DNA from: a virus
IMG/VR virus record: IMGVR_UViG_3300045988_061744
Location: 107,235 to 171,234 of that record
Reading direction: 5' to 3' (one strand)
Length of the DNA: 64,000 nucleotides
Made by a program: the position numbers and the translations under genes
In this document: positions 10,319 through 20,393 of the stretch, in pieces
Layout: every line of letters begins with the position of its first letter
How positions within the stretch are numbered: position 1 is the first letter of the stretch
Notes under the pieces: generated by a model
Seen by the model: the letters and a program-made list of their open reading frames with translations, nothing else
What the model was told of the DNA's origin: nothing
The model's database searches: none

Positions 10319-10915
10319 CTAATGTTCAAAATCAAATTTAATAAGATTACCATGTTTAAAGAAAGGTATTTCCTTAAAATGTTGTATGCCGTCATACTCT
10401 ATAAAAGTGTCACCAATCTTAAAGTCAATAAATGCAAATCTTCCATTTTTAAGAGGTATTCTAACTTGCTTCTGATATTCAATCCCATTATCTTCTAACC
10501 ATGATTGTATAAATAATTCTCCTAAAGATTTGGGTTTGCACATAGGGCATCCGGATTGTCGAAGAAAATCTCCCGGTCTAATCACAAAATCCCCATGGAT
10601 AGGACATCCTATTATAACTTTAGAATCATTATTAATATAAATTGTCTTAGAATAATCGAAATTTTTATCAGGAAAGGTTTCCTAGGCTTTCTAAATGAAC
10701 TTTTCCGTATTCCAGGCTTTGTTAGTCCCGCTTTTTATAGAATTAGCCCATATACCTTTCAAGAGATTGCTAGCAACTACCTCCACTTCTCCAAGTATCT
10801 TGGATATAACTATTACTGACTACCTACTGCCTCTATAAATACTCTTACTAAAATCGCAATCCGGATAAAGAGTCTATACCCTTCTTAAAAATTCTTCCTA
10901 AGTTAATTTCTTCAT
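10319..10915 (-). CDS. endonuclease-like protein (Zn-ribbon GCPxC plus a DUF559/PD-(D/E)XK-like C-terminus); amber-recoded (6 in-frame TAG)
   Basis: With TAG read as Gln, ORF 10319..10585 extends upstream to an ATG at 10913-10915, giving MKKLTQEEFLRRVQTLYPDCDFSKSIYRGS...GCPIHGDFVIRPGDFLRQSGCPMCKPKSLGE...IEYDGIQHF. The ORF track shows only the part after the last TAG. Confidence 0.55.
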
Positions 10916-10932
10916 GCTATTATGCTTTTATA

Positions 10933-11367
10933 CTAGTCCCACCAAGTTCTCATACGTTCAAACTTAAGTTTATTGTACAAGTACCAGGCTTTTTCTCTTC
11001 TTAGATAATCTTTGAGAATTGGGGCATTCCAATTAAGGTCAGCAGCTTTAGGACAGAATCGCTTCCAGTTCTTAATGTTTATGTGTCTATCCACGAATCC
11101 TTCAGACCCAGGTCTGAAATCACAATGATAGGCAGAATCTATCTCTAGAACAATATCTAAAAGTTCTAGTGCGAGTTTTAGATTCTTTTCAACAACTTCA
11201 TTACCTTCAGCAATCCTAGATACTTTGAAGTATTCATACATTCTAATTAAAGCTTGTTTCTCTAGGGAGAGAACAAAACCATAATCAAACGGATAGAACT
11301 TCATAGCCTCTTTAATGAGTCTCTTGTTTTTGTTCTTTCTTAGTTTCATATTCTTGACTTGCTTCAA
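10933..11367 (-). CDS. hypothetical protein
   Basis: 144-aa ORF. Confidence 0.4.
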   Translation of the reverse strand: MKQVKNMKLRKNKNKRLIKEAMKFYPFDYGFVLSLEKQALIRMYEYFKVSRIAEGNEVVEKNLKLALELLDIVLEIDSAYHCDFRPGSEGFVDRHINIKNWKRFCPKAADLNWNAPILKDYLRREKAWYLYNKLKFERMRTWWD

Positions 11368-11773
11368 CTGCTAATTTATCTGCTAAATTGTTCATTTCAG
11401 AAAAGAAATCAGAATTTGAAGTATGTCCCTTGACCCAACAAAACTTTATGTCAGAGCAAAACTGGCTTGCTTTAGCAAAAACTTTGTCATATAAGTTCCA
11501 CAACTCTACATTCTTTTTCCTCTTCCATCCTTTCGTAGCACATCCTATGACATACTGAGAATCTGAATAGATGGTAAGAGATTCTATCTTACGACTTACT
11601 GCATTGAGAGCATATATTACAGCTAACAACTCACATTTGTTGTTAGTAGTATTTGGAATCATCTTGCTAAATTCATAGGATTTTTTCCCATCAATTACGA
11701 ATACAACCCCTACTCCTCCTGTGTTTCTAGATGAACTAAAAGCTCCGTCAGTAAAGACCTCTAAATTACTCAT
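11312..11773 (-). CDS. rnhA: ribonuclease H (RNase HI)
   Basis: MSNLEVFTDGAFS...CELLAVIYAL...YSDSQYV...VKGHTS...NLADKLA matches the RNase H catalytic-residue pattern. Confidence 0.7.
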   Translation of the reverse strand: MSNLEVFTDGAFSSSRNTGGVGVVFVIDGKKSYEFSKMIPNTTNNKCELLAVIYALNAVSRKIESLTIYSDSQYVIGCATKGWKRKKNVELWNLYDKVFAKASQFCSDIKFCWVKGHTSNSDFFSEMNNLADKLAVEASQEYETKKEQKQETH

Positions 11774-12161
11774 TCTGAGTATTAGTCCTGAGATTAGTTC
11801 CTAGTAGTATTGCTATCTTTAGCAGGTCGTCTTGGTTATCACAAAATATATTATCTAAAATATAGTTTGCGTAATCACTTATTCTAACTCTCTTTCCTAC
11901 AGCTCCATACTTCTCATTAAGCCACTTAATTTGCGGAATAAAGTCTTCCAAATTATCTCCAAGATGCCTCAAGGCTTTTCTAATAGAGACTGGAAACCAC
12001 ATTTTTTCTTTTATCCAATCTAAGTGGCAATAACCAAAAGCAAAGGCTCTACTCAAATCCTTCTGAATGAATTCATCTAGCTCGAAATTTCTCTCATGCC
12101 TTCCTAATTCCTCAAAATCATCTTTTAAATCTAAACAGAACACTTCATTGAACTCAATCAT
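11766..12161 (-). CDS. hypothetical protein
   Basis: 131-aa ORF. Confidence 0.4.
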   Translation of the reverse strand: MIEFNEVFCLDLKDDFEELGRHERNFELDEFIQKDLSRAFAFGYCHLDWIKEKMWFPVSIRKALRHLGDNLEDFIPQIKWLNEKYGAVGKRVRISDYANYILDNIFCDNQDDLLKIAILLGTNLRTNTQNE

Positions 12162-12588
12162 CGCTCCAAGATTCTATAACACCAATCAACTCTAGCATAC
12201 CATATCTACACATAGCCTTAAATGGCCCAGTAGATATAGAAACAAATGTTGATTTACTGTTTCTATAATTTCTTATTACTTGCGTAAGTAAGTCTCTAGC
12301 TAGTGCTCTTAGGTCAGAAATAGATGGAACTCTATACTCTCCAGGACTTATATACATTCTCCAAGGAGACTTTCCTACACATTTCCCATCATCGTCATAT
12401 GTTCTATGACTCTTGTCCCAACTCATATATTCTAGAACCTTGTCAAAGTCAAAGTTCTCCATGATGTAGTTATACTGAACATCAAGAGGTGGAGCATCAC
12501 TGAAATTTCTTGTCTTCTTTACTTTCATTTTTATAACATTCAACGAGACGTTGCAGATTGGGAAGTTTGTCGGGTCTAACACTGACAA
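12154..12588 (-). CDS. hypothetical protein
   Basis: 144-aa ORF. Confidence 0.4.
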   Translation of the reverse strand: MSVLDPTNFPICNVSLNVIKMKVKKTRNFSDAPPLDVQYNYIMENFDFDKVLEYMSWDKSHRTYDDDGKCVGKSPWRMYISPGEYRVPSISDLRALARDLLTQVIRNYRNSKSTFVSISTGPFKAMCRYGMLELIGVIESWSDD

Positions 12589-12814
12589 TTAAACCTCCTT
12601 TCCGCAGATTGTAACTCAATTTGATTCCGCAATAATTAAGAATTTCAATAAACTCTTTCAATGCGTTACCTTTCAATACATTTCTATAGACTAGCTTCTG
12701 ACCATCTTGATAACCTTCACGGTAGTATTCATTCGCAACATCGGAAATAAGCCATCGTCTAATGGGTGAAACCTTTTCTAGGAGTTCACTAACTCTAGTT
12801 GCGATGAAATCCAT
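12497..12814 (-). CDS. hypothetical protein
   Basis: 105-aa ORF. Confidence 0.35.
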   Translation of the reverse strand: MDFIATRVSELLEKVSPIRRWLISDVANEYYREGYQDGQKLVYRNVLKGNALKEFIEILNYCGIKLSYNLRKGGLIVSVRPDKLPNLQRLVECYKNESKEDKKFQ

Positions 12815-12824
12815 ACTTACTGAA

Positions 12825-12980
12825 TACTATCGTTAGATACTATAGAATCGACAGCAGTTGTGTCTACAACATTCTCAACGACTACAACAGAGTCTTCTGC
12901 AACTACAGTTGCCGGTTGAGTCTTGTGTGTGCAAGCTGACATAGCAGCAACTAACACAAAAAGCAATAGTAACTTCTTCA
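12825..12980 (-). CDS. small lipoprotein
   Basis: Manual translation gives MKKLLLLFVLVAAMSACTHK... (51 aa) with a lipobox. It is below the ORF-track length cutoff. Confidence 0.4.
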
Positions 12981-13016
12981 TTTTCAATAATTTTAATTAG
13001 TTAAACATTTTATCTA

Positions 13017-13071
13017 TCAAAAAAAAAAGAGTGGTTCCAGTATCTGTGCTTCTCAGATACTTTTCCCACTC
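13017..13071 (-). terminator. intrinsic terminator (GC-rich hairpin followed by a U-run on the minus strand)
   Basis: GAGTGG...CAGTATCTG-tgcttct-CAGATACT...CCACTC nested hairpin, flanked by A10 on the plus strand (a T-run on the minus strand). Confidence 0.5.
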
Positions 13072-13461
13072 CTATCACTCCGAAGAGCTTGTACCGTTAT
13101 TAGGTCGGCCAACCTCCCTCTTCATCTTGTTGAGAATTTGGGATAATAGTCACCAAGTTTAAAGATTACTTGTAACTGAAGCAAATGCTGAAACCCTTAA
13201 CAGGGCTTCGTAACTCCTCCAACAACTTGGTTGGTGAGCTATAGTAGGAAGCTAACACGCAGGCAAAGATGAAATCAAAGTCGAAGACCTGGTCACACTA
13301 GCGAAGACTAAGACAAAGACTCTCAATAAGAGAGTAATTTCAAGATTTTTGTGAGACCAGCGAATGTGTAAGTCAGAAATCCTTAGATTTCCAAATAAAG
13401 ATTCATATATTATTCCTAACGTATATATAAATTGTTAGCTTCCTACAGAAAATTCCTCTAA

Positions 13462-14376
13462 TTACTTAGAGGAGGGATCGCCTTGTTTCCTAATCTCTTC
13501 GAAAATTCCTAGAAGATTCGTTGGCAAGGTAATCTTTAGTTGAGAGATTCTCTCCTGTTCAGATGTTCTCCAGTTATTAAACTGACTTCTAAACTCTTGC
13601 ATTTTAGAATTATATCTCTCATAGTCAGCCTTAAATTCTGCCACCCTGTCTTGATATTCCCTTTCTCTAGTCATATCAAGTTTATTTACAGTCTCTTTAA
13701 GTTCTGCCTTCATAGCGTTTAGTTCTTTTTCATAAGAACGATACGTATCTTGAAGAGACATAAACATCGCATCGACGTCCTCTATCTTAATAGTTGGGTC
13801 TTGGTAATAGAGAATTAAGTCTCTACCAGTTCCTTCCTTGTAGATTGGGCAGTTTTCAGCGGCATGAACATCTTTTCTAGCTTTGCTAAAAGCTCCTTTT
13901 GGGTGAATATATTTCCCATAAGTAGAAGCAAACGCTTCAAGTCTTAGGTACTTGTTTCTCTTATTGGCATCCCATGAATCCATTACCTCTTTTTCATCCG
14001 CCTTAATAGGTGAATCTGGATATTGAGGTTGTTCTGGAATCTCAACATTGTTTTCTCTAGCCCATTTTTCGATAGAGCAAGCAGTAGTACAGGAAATCAA
14101 TTCTTCCTTTTTCTTAATAGCCTCCCGCACCCAAGCACAGAAGCTATTCATTTCCGCTGACTTTTCTAAGTCGTCCTTAATAAAGTCTAAGGAAGTTTGA
14201 CCTACCGTCATTAATTGCTTCTCCCCACCTCCTATGGAGGCTACAAACACTTGGTAGAACTTCACACTATTCAGACGCTCAGTAGCAGCCTGAATCATTT
14301 CCTGCGCAACATTAGCATAATAGTTAGCAGATGTAGAAGTCAATCCTTCGTTTCCAAAAAATACACTTTCTTTCAT
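13462..14376 (-). CDS. hypothetical protein
   Basis: 304-aa ORF with a coiled-coil C-terminus. Confidence 0.45.
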   Translation of the reverse strand: MKESVFFGNEGLTSTSANYYANVAQEMIQAATERLNSVKFYQVFVASIGGGEKQLMTVGQTSLDFIKDDLEKSAEMNSFCAWVREAIKKKEELISCTTACSIEKWARENNVEIPEQPQYPDSPIKADEKEVMDSWDANKRNKYLRLEAFASTYGKYIHPKGAFSKARKDVHAAENCPIYKEGTGRDLILYYQDPTIKIEDVDAMFMSLQDTYRSYEKELNAMKAELKETVNKLDMTREREYQDRVAEFKADYERYNSKMQEFRSQFNNWRTSEQERISQLKITLPTNLLGIFEEIRKQGDPSSK

Positions 14377-14555
14377 TTTGTTAACTTATCAATTACATTT
14401 ACTATAGATTCTTCTCCAGCTATGAAACCAGCTCTGTGAGCGTTCATAATAAGTTTCTTCAAACTTTCTAGCTCCTCTTTTGACTTAAGAGTATTGCTAG
14501 TATAAATCTCTACTAGTTCTTTTATGTATCTTTCCATATTAAAACATTTTATAGT

Positions 14556-14639
14556 ACCCGAAGTGGGACTCGAACCCACACGCCCGCAATGGGCATCAGA
14601 GCTTAAATCTGACGTGTCTACCAATTCCACCATTCGGGC
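14556..14639 (-). tRNA. tRNA-Leu(TAA), class II long variable arm
   Basis: Hand-folded: acceptor GCCCGAA/TTCGGGT, anticodon loop TTTAAGC, T arm GGGTTCGAGTCCC. Confidence 0.6.
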
Positions 14640-14755
14640 ATATGGTAGCTATTCTCACGAACCGCTACCGAGAGATAACCCTAAAGTATCATTTTTCTAA
14701 TCTTCTTACTAGATTAGTCTCCGAATTGTTAAATTCAAAGTTAAAAACTGTTAAC

Positions 14756-15067
14756 TTACTTAAATTGCAGACAAGTGTTAATAAACTTATCAACATCAGT
14801 TCCACAATCAATATAGTTTGGAGTAACTTTTTCAAAGTATCTTAGATTAGCTTCTGTACCAATTAACCCAAGCTCTTCAAAATCGTAACCCTCTCCATGA
14901 ACATCAAAGGGCAAGCCAGGTCTAAATACCAACCAGGCTGTCCCTTCAAACTCACAACAAATACAAACTGTTAATCCACTTTCTCTCAGTTTGTCTAAGA
15001 TTTGCGGACTAACAGTCTTTAATACTACACACTCACCCGAGTTCGGCGAGTCTCCGTTTGATTTCAT
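14756..15067 (-). CDS. hypothetical protein
   Basis: 103-aa ORF. Confidence 0.4.
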   Translation of the reverse strand: MKSNGDSPNSGECVVLKTVSPQILDKLRESGLTVCICCEFEGTAWLVFRPGLPFDVHGEGYDFEELGLIGTEANLRYFEKVTPNYIDCGTDVDKFINTCLQFK

Positions 15068-15407
15068 CTTCGGACAAGCTTTCTAACTTCTCAGATTGTT
15101 TCTTAGCTAACAGTTCCGTCAGGCGAGCCTTTTCAGCAGCCTTATTCTTAGCTGTCTCTCTGTCAGCCTTCTCTTTTAGCTTATCCGTTATAATCTCCTT
15201 CACAATATTGAACTTCAATTCAAGTTCGGTATTGCTAGGAGTATCATTAGTTATGAAAGACTTTCTTGGACTTTTAGCTAGTTCCTCATCGTAAGAAACG
15301 GCTAATTTATCCAATACTGGCAGGCTCAAGTCCCACAAATCTTCTACACTCAAATTACCTTTACTAGTTGCGAAACGCAACTTCATTTTTGACGCTTGTT
15401 TAAACAT
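15033..15407 (-). CDS. hypothetical protein
   Basis: 124-aa ORF. Confidence 0.4.
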   Translation of the reverse strand: MFKQASKMKLRFATSKGNLSVEDLWDLSLPVLDKLAVSYDEELAKSPRKSFITNDTPSNTELELKFNIVKEIITDKLKEKADRETAKNKAAEKARLTELLAKKQSEKLESLSEDEIKRRLAELG

Positions 15408-15409
15408 AA

Positions 15410-17425
15410 TTAGAAAATGATTTTAAATGATTTATTATCAACTTTTACAACAACATCATTGTGTGATGTGCTAGAAAATCCCAATCCACTTAACTGGTCA
15501 TCACTGTACTCAGCTTTTGCTCTAGAACCAAGAGCTTCAAACACTCTTCTGTGCTCCTTTTCAAGGTCAGCTCTCAGATATTCGTTAAAGAAGCCCCTAA
15601 CAGGGTCTGGATTCTTGCATCCGTCTATCATAAAGAATAGATGCTTGTTCCCTATAGCGTTGCCTTCCCAATGGTTAGGAGAGAACATAATACAAGAAAC
15701 CTTCTGGAATTTCATTGTATCAATTCCCCACTCGTTAGTAGATTTGAACGATGTAGAACCCTCTTTAATAGTAGGAGTCATGGAAATGTTTCTTTGTCCA
15801 TCAACATGGATACGAGCAACTTCGACATATTCCTTGTTCGGAACTACTTTTCCATACTGGAATTTGTGAAGTTCTCCATTAATCTCGATTTCCATTTCGA
15901 AACCAAAATCAATACTTTCTCTCTTATTGAAGTTATGCACTCTTACCACATAATCCCCTGGTCTTAGTCTGCTAGGGTCTGTCCATATGATGTTCTCAAC
16001 AGCATCTCTAGTTTTTCCAGAACCTGCGTTCATGTCAACATCAAGAGTTCCTCCAGTATAACCGGTCTTGCTTCCATAATAGATTTCTCTTCCTCTAGGC
16101 TCGGTTACATGAAGGTCAAGGTCATCATAGTTAAACCAGTGAAGAGAGCATCTCATGAAGCCATCTACATTTCCACCAGCAGCCTTTACTTTCTCCTTGA
16201 AAGAATCAGCTACAGAACCATTATAAACCCAAGCAAAGTTGTTATTCCACTTAAACAACTGTCCAGCATCCGGATTTTCAGGAGCAGTCAGAGTAACAAA
16301 GTTGGGAATGTGTCTGTTCTCTACCAAGATAGAAACCTCCTTAGCTCCCGGAAGTATATTCTTGACAAAGGCATCAGCAGAAACCTCTTGGGCTTTGGTA
16401 AATTCTTTTGGATTTACTGTAGAAGTTTCAGAGAGCATATCAAACATTCCTCCCTTCATCTTTGCTCTAGTATCCCTATTTACGAATAGAACATCATTCA
16501 CAGAAATATCTTCTACGTGAGCGTGACGACGAGGAAGTGCATCAGTAAGACCTAGCTCTTCTACCTTCTTCTGAGCAGCTTCAATTTGCTTCTTAGTAAT
16601 AAGAGCAGTAGGTCTCTTATAGTTAGTAGGAGCCATGATGTTTTCATATGCCCTTACAGCTCTCTCCAAATCTACACCATTACTTAGATCAATAAGTAAA
16701 GTTCCCATAGCCGTGTTTCTAATCTTAGCTATAGGAGACTTAAAGTTTAACCAGCAATAGTTAGTTCTTACTTCTGGACTCAGAGTTTGAGCAGTAACTA
16801 GTGTTCTTCTAAATTCCTCCAAACTCTTCAAGAACTCTGCACCTCTATAGAGATTATTTCCTTCTATAAGCTCAATAACAGTTTCAACTGCCTCCAGCTT
16901 AAGCTCGCTGATAGAGCGTTCAAATACCCCAGCTCTTGCTCTGACATCTCCCCTGTAACCGGCAGCAGAGTCAAAACCATGAACTCGCCTGTTGAACTTG
17001 AAGTTATTCGGAATAGTTACGTACAGATGTGTCCAAGTTCTAGTTGTTCCATCAGGGAGTAGTTGAACATTATGGTCACAACCATGAAATTCGTTCACAT
17101 CTTGAATAAAGACGTCTCCTATTCCAGCTTCCTTAACCAATTTAGCTAAAGCCTGTGCTGTTTTCTCATATCCAGGAGTATGCACATCGTCCCAGAATGT
17201 TTTAATCTTATAAGTTTGAGGGTCAATCGCTACAACTTTACCATAATGCCGGATAAAAGATTTACAGGCATTGCAGTTATGGTCTTGTCTAACAGTTTCG
17301 TCCTCAAACGACAGAAGGTAGCCCATCCAAAGGAGGTCTTTATCAACATTAGCAACAAACAGGTTTTCTGCAATCATATTATTGAAAGCAGCTTCTACAT
17401 CTTTCTTAAAATTCTTAAATTCCAT
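15410..17425 (-). CDS. large hypothetical protein (671 aa)
   Basis: Long ORF with no internal TAG; no family recognised by eye. Confidence 0.5.
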   Translation of the reverse strand: MEFKNFKKDVEAAFNNMIAENLFVANVDKDLLWMGYLLSFEDETVRQDHNCNACKSFIRHYGKVVAIDPQTYKIKTFWDDVHTPGYEKTAQALAKLVKEAGIGDVFIQDVNEFHGCDHNVQLLPDGTTRTWTHLYVTIPNNFKFNRRVHGFDSAAGYRGDVRARAGVFERSISELKLEAVETVIELIEGNNLYRGAEFLKSLEEFRRTLVTAQTLSPEVRTNYCWLNFKSPIAKIRNTAMGTLLIDLSNGVDLERAVRAYENIMAPTNYKRPTALITKKQIEAAQKKVEELGLTDALPRRHAHVEDISVNDVLFVNRDTRAKMKGGMFDMLSETSTVNPKEFTKAQEVSADAFVKNILPGAKEVSILVENRHIPNFVTLTAPENPDAGQLFKWNNNFAWVYNGSVADSFKEKVKAAGGNVDGFMRCSLHWFNYDDLDLHVTEPRGREIYYGSKTGYTGGTLDVDMNAGSGKTRDAVENIIWTDPSRLRPGDYVVRVHNFNKRESIDFGFEMEIEINGELHKFQYGKVVPNKEYVEVARIHVDGQRNISMTPTIKEGSTSFKSTNEWGIDTMKFQKVSCIMFSPNHWEGNAIGNKHLFFMIDGCKNPDPVRGFFNEYLRADLEKEHRRVFEALGSRAKAEYSDDQLSGLGFSSTSHNDVVVKVDNKSFKIIF

Positions 17426-17435
17426 TTTAAATCTA

Positions 17436-17657
17436 TTAAGTGTTCAACTTTTTGTTCATTTCTCCCTCTAAATTTCTAAGAGTTTCTATACTCTCTTCAT
17501 AGAACTTATCCTTACCTAATTCACAGACTTTGTAATTAGATAATATTTGCTGGAATCGCAAATGTGGACTACATTCTATGATTTGAGCTAGTCTAGTTAA
17601 AATCTTAAAGTTAGCTTTTTCTCTAAGCTCAATAGCCTTTTCAATCTGGGCTTCCAT
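17436..17657 (-). CDS. hypothetical protein
   Basis: 73-aa ORF. Confidence 0.3.
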   Translation of the reverse strand: MEAQIEKAIELREKANFKILTRLAQIIECSPHLRFQQILSNYKVCELGKDKFYEESIETLRNLEGEMNKKLNT

Positions 17658-18138
17658 ACTTGTTGATAATATCTAACTCTAATTCTTTAACCTTACTCTC
17701 ATATAGAGAATCTTCGGCATATCCAATCCTATCTAGGAATCTATAATAGTCCTCTTCTGGATCGTACCTACTTAGAATAAATTGCTTATAAGCAAATACA
17801 CAGCTTATCCAACTGTCAAACTTGAAATAGGACATCGTTCTTGAATTATACAATCCGAACAAATTATTGTTGTCCTTACAAAGTTTAGACTTGAAGTTAC
17901 CAGATTCTAGAATAGCCTGAGCTGTTATGATAGCAGGACTTGGGAAATCATAGTGTTTAAGAGTATTATACAATACTTCCTCATTCACCTCCTCCATCAA
18001 ATAGAATGGATGTTCCGGCATCAGCATAATTTTCTCCTCTGGAAACCTCGCAGAATGTATCCAGTGGTGCAAGGAATAACCAGTTGCAAATCCGAATACA
18101 ATACTAATCATTAAAATAATTAAAACTCTCTTTTTCAT
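17641..18138 (-). CDS. mannosyl-glycoprotein endo-beta-N-acetylglucosaminidase (FlgJ-like) with N-terminal signal/anchor
   Basis: AQAILESGNFKS...NNLFGL matches the glucosaminidase signature; hydrophobic N-terminus MKKRVLIILMISIVFGF. Confidence 0.6.
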   Translation of the reverse strand: MKKRVLIILMISIVFGFATGYSLHHWIHSARFPEEKIMLMPEHPFYLMEEVNEEVLYNTLKHYDFPSPAIITAQAILESGNFKSKLCKDNNNLFGLYNSRTMSYFKFDSWISCVFAYKQFILSRYDPEEDYYRFLDRIGYAEDSLYESKVKELELDIINKYGSPD

Positions 18139-18431
18139 ATCTCAATAGAATTAACAAATTCTGCATCATTACATAGTTGATAAACAACCTTATCAAGTTC
18201 TGGAACGTAGACGATGTAGTAATAATCAAAGAATTGATTGTTATCCTCAAATCCTATAACTATTCCTTTATACTTACCATCTACCACACAGTCCTTAAAT
18301 AAACATTTTGCAATGTCTTGACGAATGTCATCTTGATACTCTTGAAGTGCAGACAATCCATAGTAAGAAGTATTAGTACCTCTTATCTCGTTCCCTAGTA
18401 GGTCTTTATCGTAGGAGGTCTTGATAATCAT
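18135..18431 (-). CDS. hypothetical protein
   Basis: 98-aa ORF. Confidence 0.35.
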   Translation of the reverse strand: MIIKTSYDKDLLGNEIRGTNTSYYGLSALQEYQDDIRQDIAKCLFKDCVVDGKYKGIVIGFEDNNQFFDYYYIVYVPELDKVVYQLCNDAEFVNSIEI

Positions 18432-18705
18432 AATCCCTAACCACTGCCTTTATATCAGAAATAACTCTATTATATAAGGCTATCATGGTATTCATTTTAC
18501 CAGAAACTTCCTTGCAGAGATTGTGATAGTAGTTCTTGTCAGATTCTGCATTTTTTAGTCTTTCAATATTAACTACTATCATAAGCTCAGAATCAGGGCT
18601 TTCACGGTATTTTGCCTTCTTAGCCTCTTCCTCAGTATCGTATTGACCTACAATGAATGGAATGTTATTTTTGCACTTAACTAGGTAATACTCCTTCATT
18701 TTCAA
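18406..18705 (-). CDS. hypothetical protein
   Basis: 99-aa ORF. Confidence 0.35.
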   Translation of the reverse strand: MKMKEYYLVKCKNNIPFIVGQYDTEEEAKKAKYRESPDSELMIVVNIERLKNAESDKNYYHNLCKEVSGKMNTMIALYNRVISDIKAVVRDYDYQDLLR

Positions 18706-18916
18706 TTCCGAAATAACTCTTTAGTAATTCTATATTTCCTTCCTTAAGATGTCTTATAATGGCTTTCCTCTCCTTTTCATAAAGGATAATTCTACTTTCT
18801 AAGATATTTATCTTATGGTTGAAATTATTCTCGTATTCTTCCAGAGCTTCAGTAATGACTTTAATCGCAGTACAATCCTTCATCACACTCTTCGTTATAA
18901 TAATCCTCGCTTCCGC

Positions 18917-19243
18917 TTATAGTTCAGACAAATAAATGTTTTGAGGATATTCGTTAAATACTAGTAGAGTTACTGGACAAATCCAAACCCTATCGTTATA
19001 ATTCTTACTCTTACACAAGTAAGTAGCTCCACTCTCATCTTCTTCAATCTTAGATAGAACAATCTTAGCTACAGAAGGGTCAACCATCTGCAACCTAACA
19101 AATCTATCATCAAGAGAATCAAGAAGATTATCAGCTCCGCCAACCATAGCTAGCTCTCCTGGGTCTCCATCGAAGTCTGGCCACCAATAAAACCAGACTC
19201 CTCCCACTTTTACAAATTCAAATGTTTTTCGCATTAAACACAA
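18917..19243 (-). CDS. hypothetical protein
   Basis: 108-aa ORF. Confidence 0.35.
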   Translation of the reverse strand: MCLMRKTFEFVKVGGVWFYWWPDFDGDPGELAMVGGADNLLDSLDDRFVRLQMVDPSVAKIVLSKIEEDESGATYLCKSKNYNDRVWICPVTLLVFNEYPQNIYLSEL

Positions 19244-19294
19244 ATTAAATTAAACAAAAAATACCCCAACAACTTTCGCTGCTGGGGTACATAG

Positions 19295-19366
19295 TAACGC
19301 CAACGGGATTCGAACCCGTATGCCAAGAATGAAAATCTTGTATCCTAACCCTTAGATGATGGCGCT
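19295..19366 (-). tRNA. tRNA-Glu(TTC)
   Basis: Anticodon arm CAAGA-TTTTCAT-TCTTG; T arm ACGGGTTCGAATCCCGT. Confidence 0.55.
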
Positions 19367-19373
19367 ATCCTGA

Positions 19374-20045
19374 TTACGCAATAAGACTATAAGCCTCTTG
19401 CAGTAATTTAATAGTTGGAGTCTTATGATTATCTACAACAATTATCTTGTAAATGTTCAAAAACTCATTGTAAGTCAATGAAGTACAAGTTAAGAAAATC
19501 TGGACATCCTCATTTATAGAACCATTACTTAACCCTAGGTCTACTTTTACCATGCTAGGTAATGTTCCAATCTGAGAAATATCCCAAGTTGATTTAGCTC
19601 TTCTTAATACTTCTCTCTGCTTTGCAGTAAGATTTTTCTCCTTCAATCTGGATTCAATAATATTTCCATCAAATTCTAAGGAATTTGCATCTGGATTTGT
19701 ATTATTTAAAGCCAGTTGAATCTTTTGTACAGCAGAATCTTTCGGTTTTGGTGCAGAAGTAACAGACTCTTTAAGTCCTTTCATTATTTGCAATGACGGA
19801 ATAAAATCCTTGATTTGGTTAGCGTTCCAAACTAGAAATTTTCCAGGACTGTCTTTAGTAGTTACTATATACTTAGTTCCTCCATTATAAGGAACAAGAA
19901 CGTGCAAATCTGCATCACTATTTTTACTCCAATGGTCTGATACTCGTATTTTTACATTACCTATAACAAAATAACGAGAAACAGTGGTTTCAGCTTCGAT
20001 AATCTCGGAAGCTGTTGCTAATAAATACTTTTCTAATCTAGTCAT
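19374..20045 (-). CDS. hypothetical protein
   Basis: 223-aa ORF. Confidence 0.45.
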   Translation of the reverse strand: MTRLEKYLLATASEIIEAETTVSRYFVIGNVKIRVSDHWSKNSDADLHVLVPYNGGTKYIVTTKDSPGKFLVWNANQIKDFIPSLQIMKGLKESVTSAPKPKDSAVQKIQLALNNTNPDANSLEFDGNIIESRLKEKNLTAKQREVLRRAKSTWDISQIGTLPSMVKVDLGLSNGSINEDVQIFLTCTSLTYNEFLNIYKIIVVDNHKTPTIKLLQEAYSLIA

Positions 20046-20068
20046 ATAATTAATCTAATTAATAATAG

Positions 20069-20138
20069 ATCCCCCACTCGGATTCGAACCGAGGTCACAA
20101 GATTACAAATCTAGTGTTCTGACCAACTAAACTACAGG
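20069..20138 (-). tRNA. tRNA-Thr(TGT)
   Basis: Acceptor TCCCCTG/TGGGGGA, loop TTTGTAA, T arm CTCGGTTCGAATCCGAG. Confidence 0.5.
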
Positions 20139-20281
20139 GGAATATAGTGGAGATTTCCACTATTTACTAATTCTAACCTCTGCGGGAATATACTCATTAG
20201 TAAAAGTTTCTAGGTTTTACTTCGGGAACCATTAACCTTGTGCTTACTGTCGGGGACCGCATCCTTATCCATCCAGAAGCC

Positions 20282-20320
20282 TTGCCGAGACTGGGGGATT
20301 CGAACCCCAACCTTCACAGT
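20282..20320 (-). other. tRNA 3'-half remnant (T arm plus acceptor 3' strand only)
   Basis: GGGGTTCGAATCCCCC followed by AGTCTCGGCA, nearly identical to the 3' end of the neighbouring tRNA at 20322-20393. No D arm or anticodon arm. Confidence 0.4.
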
Positions 20321-20321
20321 G

Positions 20322-20393
20322 CCGAGAGTACCAGACTCGAACTGGTGACCTTCGCATAGACAGTGCACTATTCTACCACTGAACTAACCCTCG
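20322..20393 (-). tRNA. tRNA-Asp(GTC)-like with a non-canonical anticodon loop (CTGTCTA, T37)
   Basis: Acceptor CGAGGGT/ACTCTCG, D arm GTTCAGTGGTAGAAT, T arm CCAGTTCGAGTCTGG. Loop position 37 is T and the anticodon stem has a mismatch. Confidence 0.4.

Noticed and set aside
14373-14633. Minus-strand 86-aa ORF overlapping tRNA-Leu
   Set aside because: Its N-terminal part is the reverse reading of the tRNA (GRVGSSPTSGT...). Most likely the gene is shorter, or it is an artefact.
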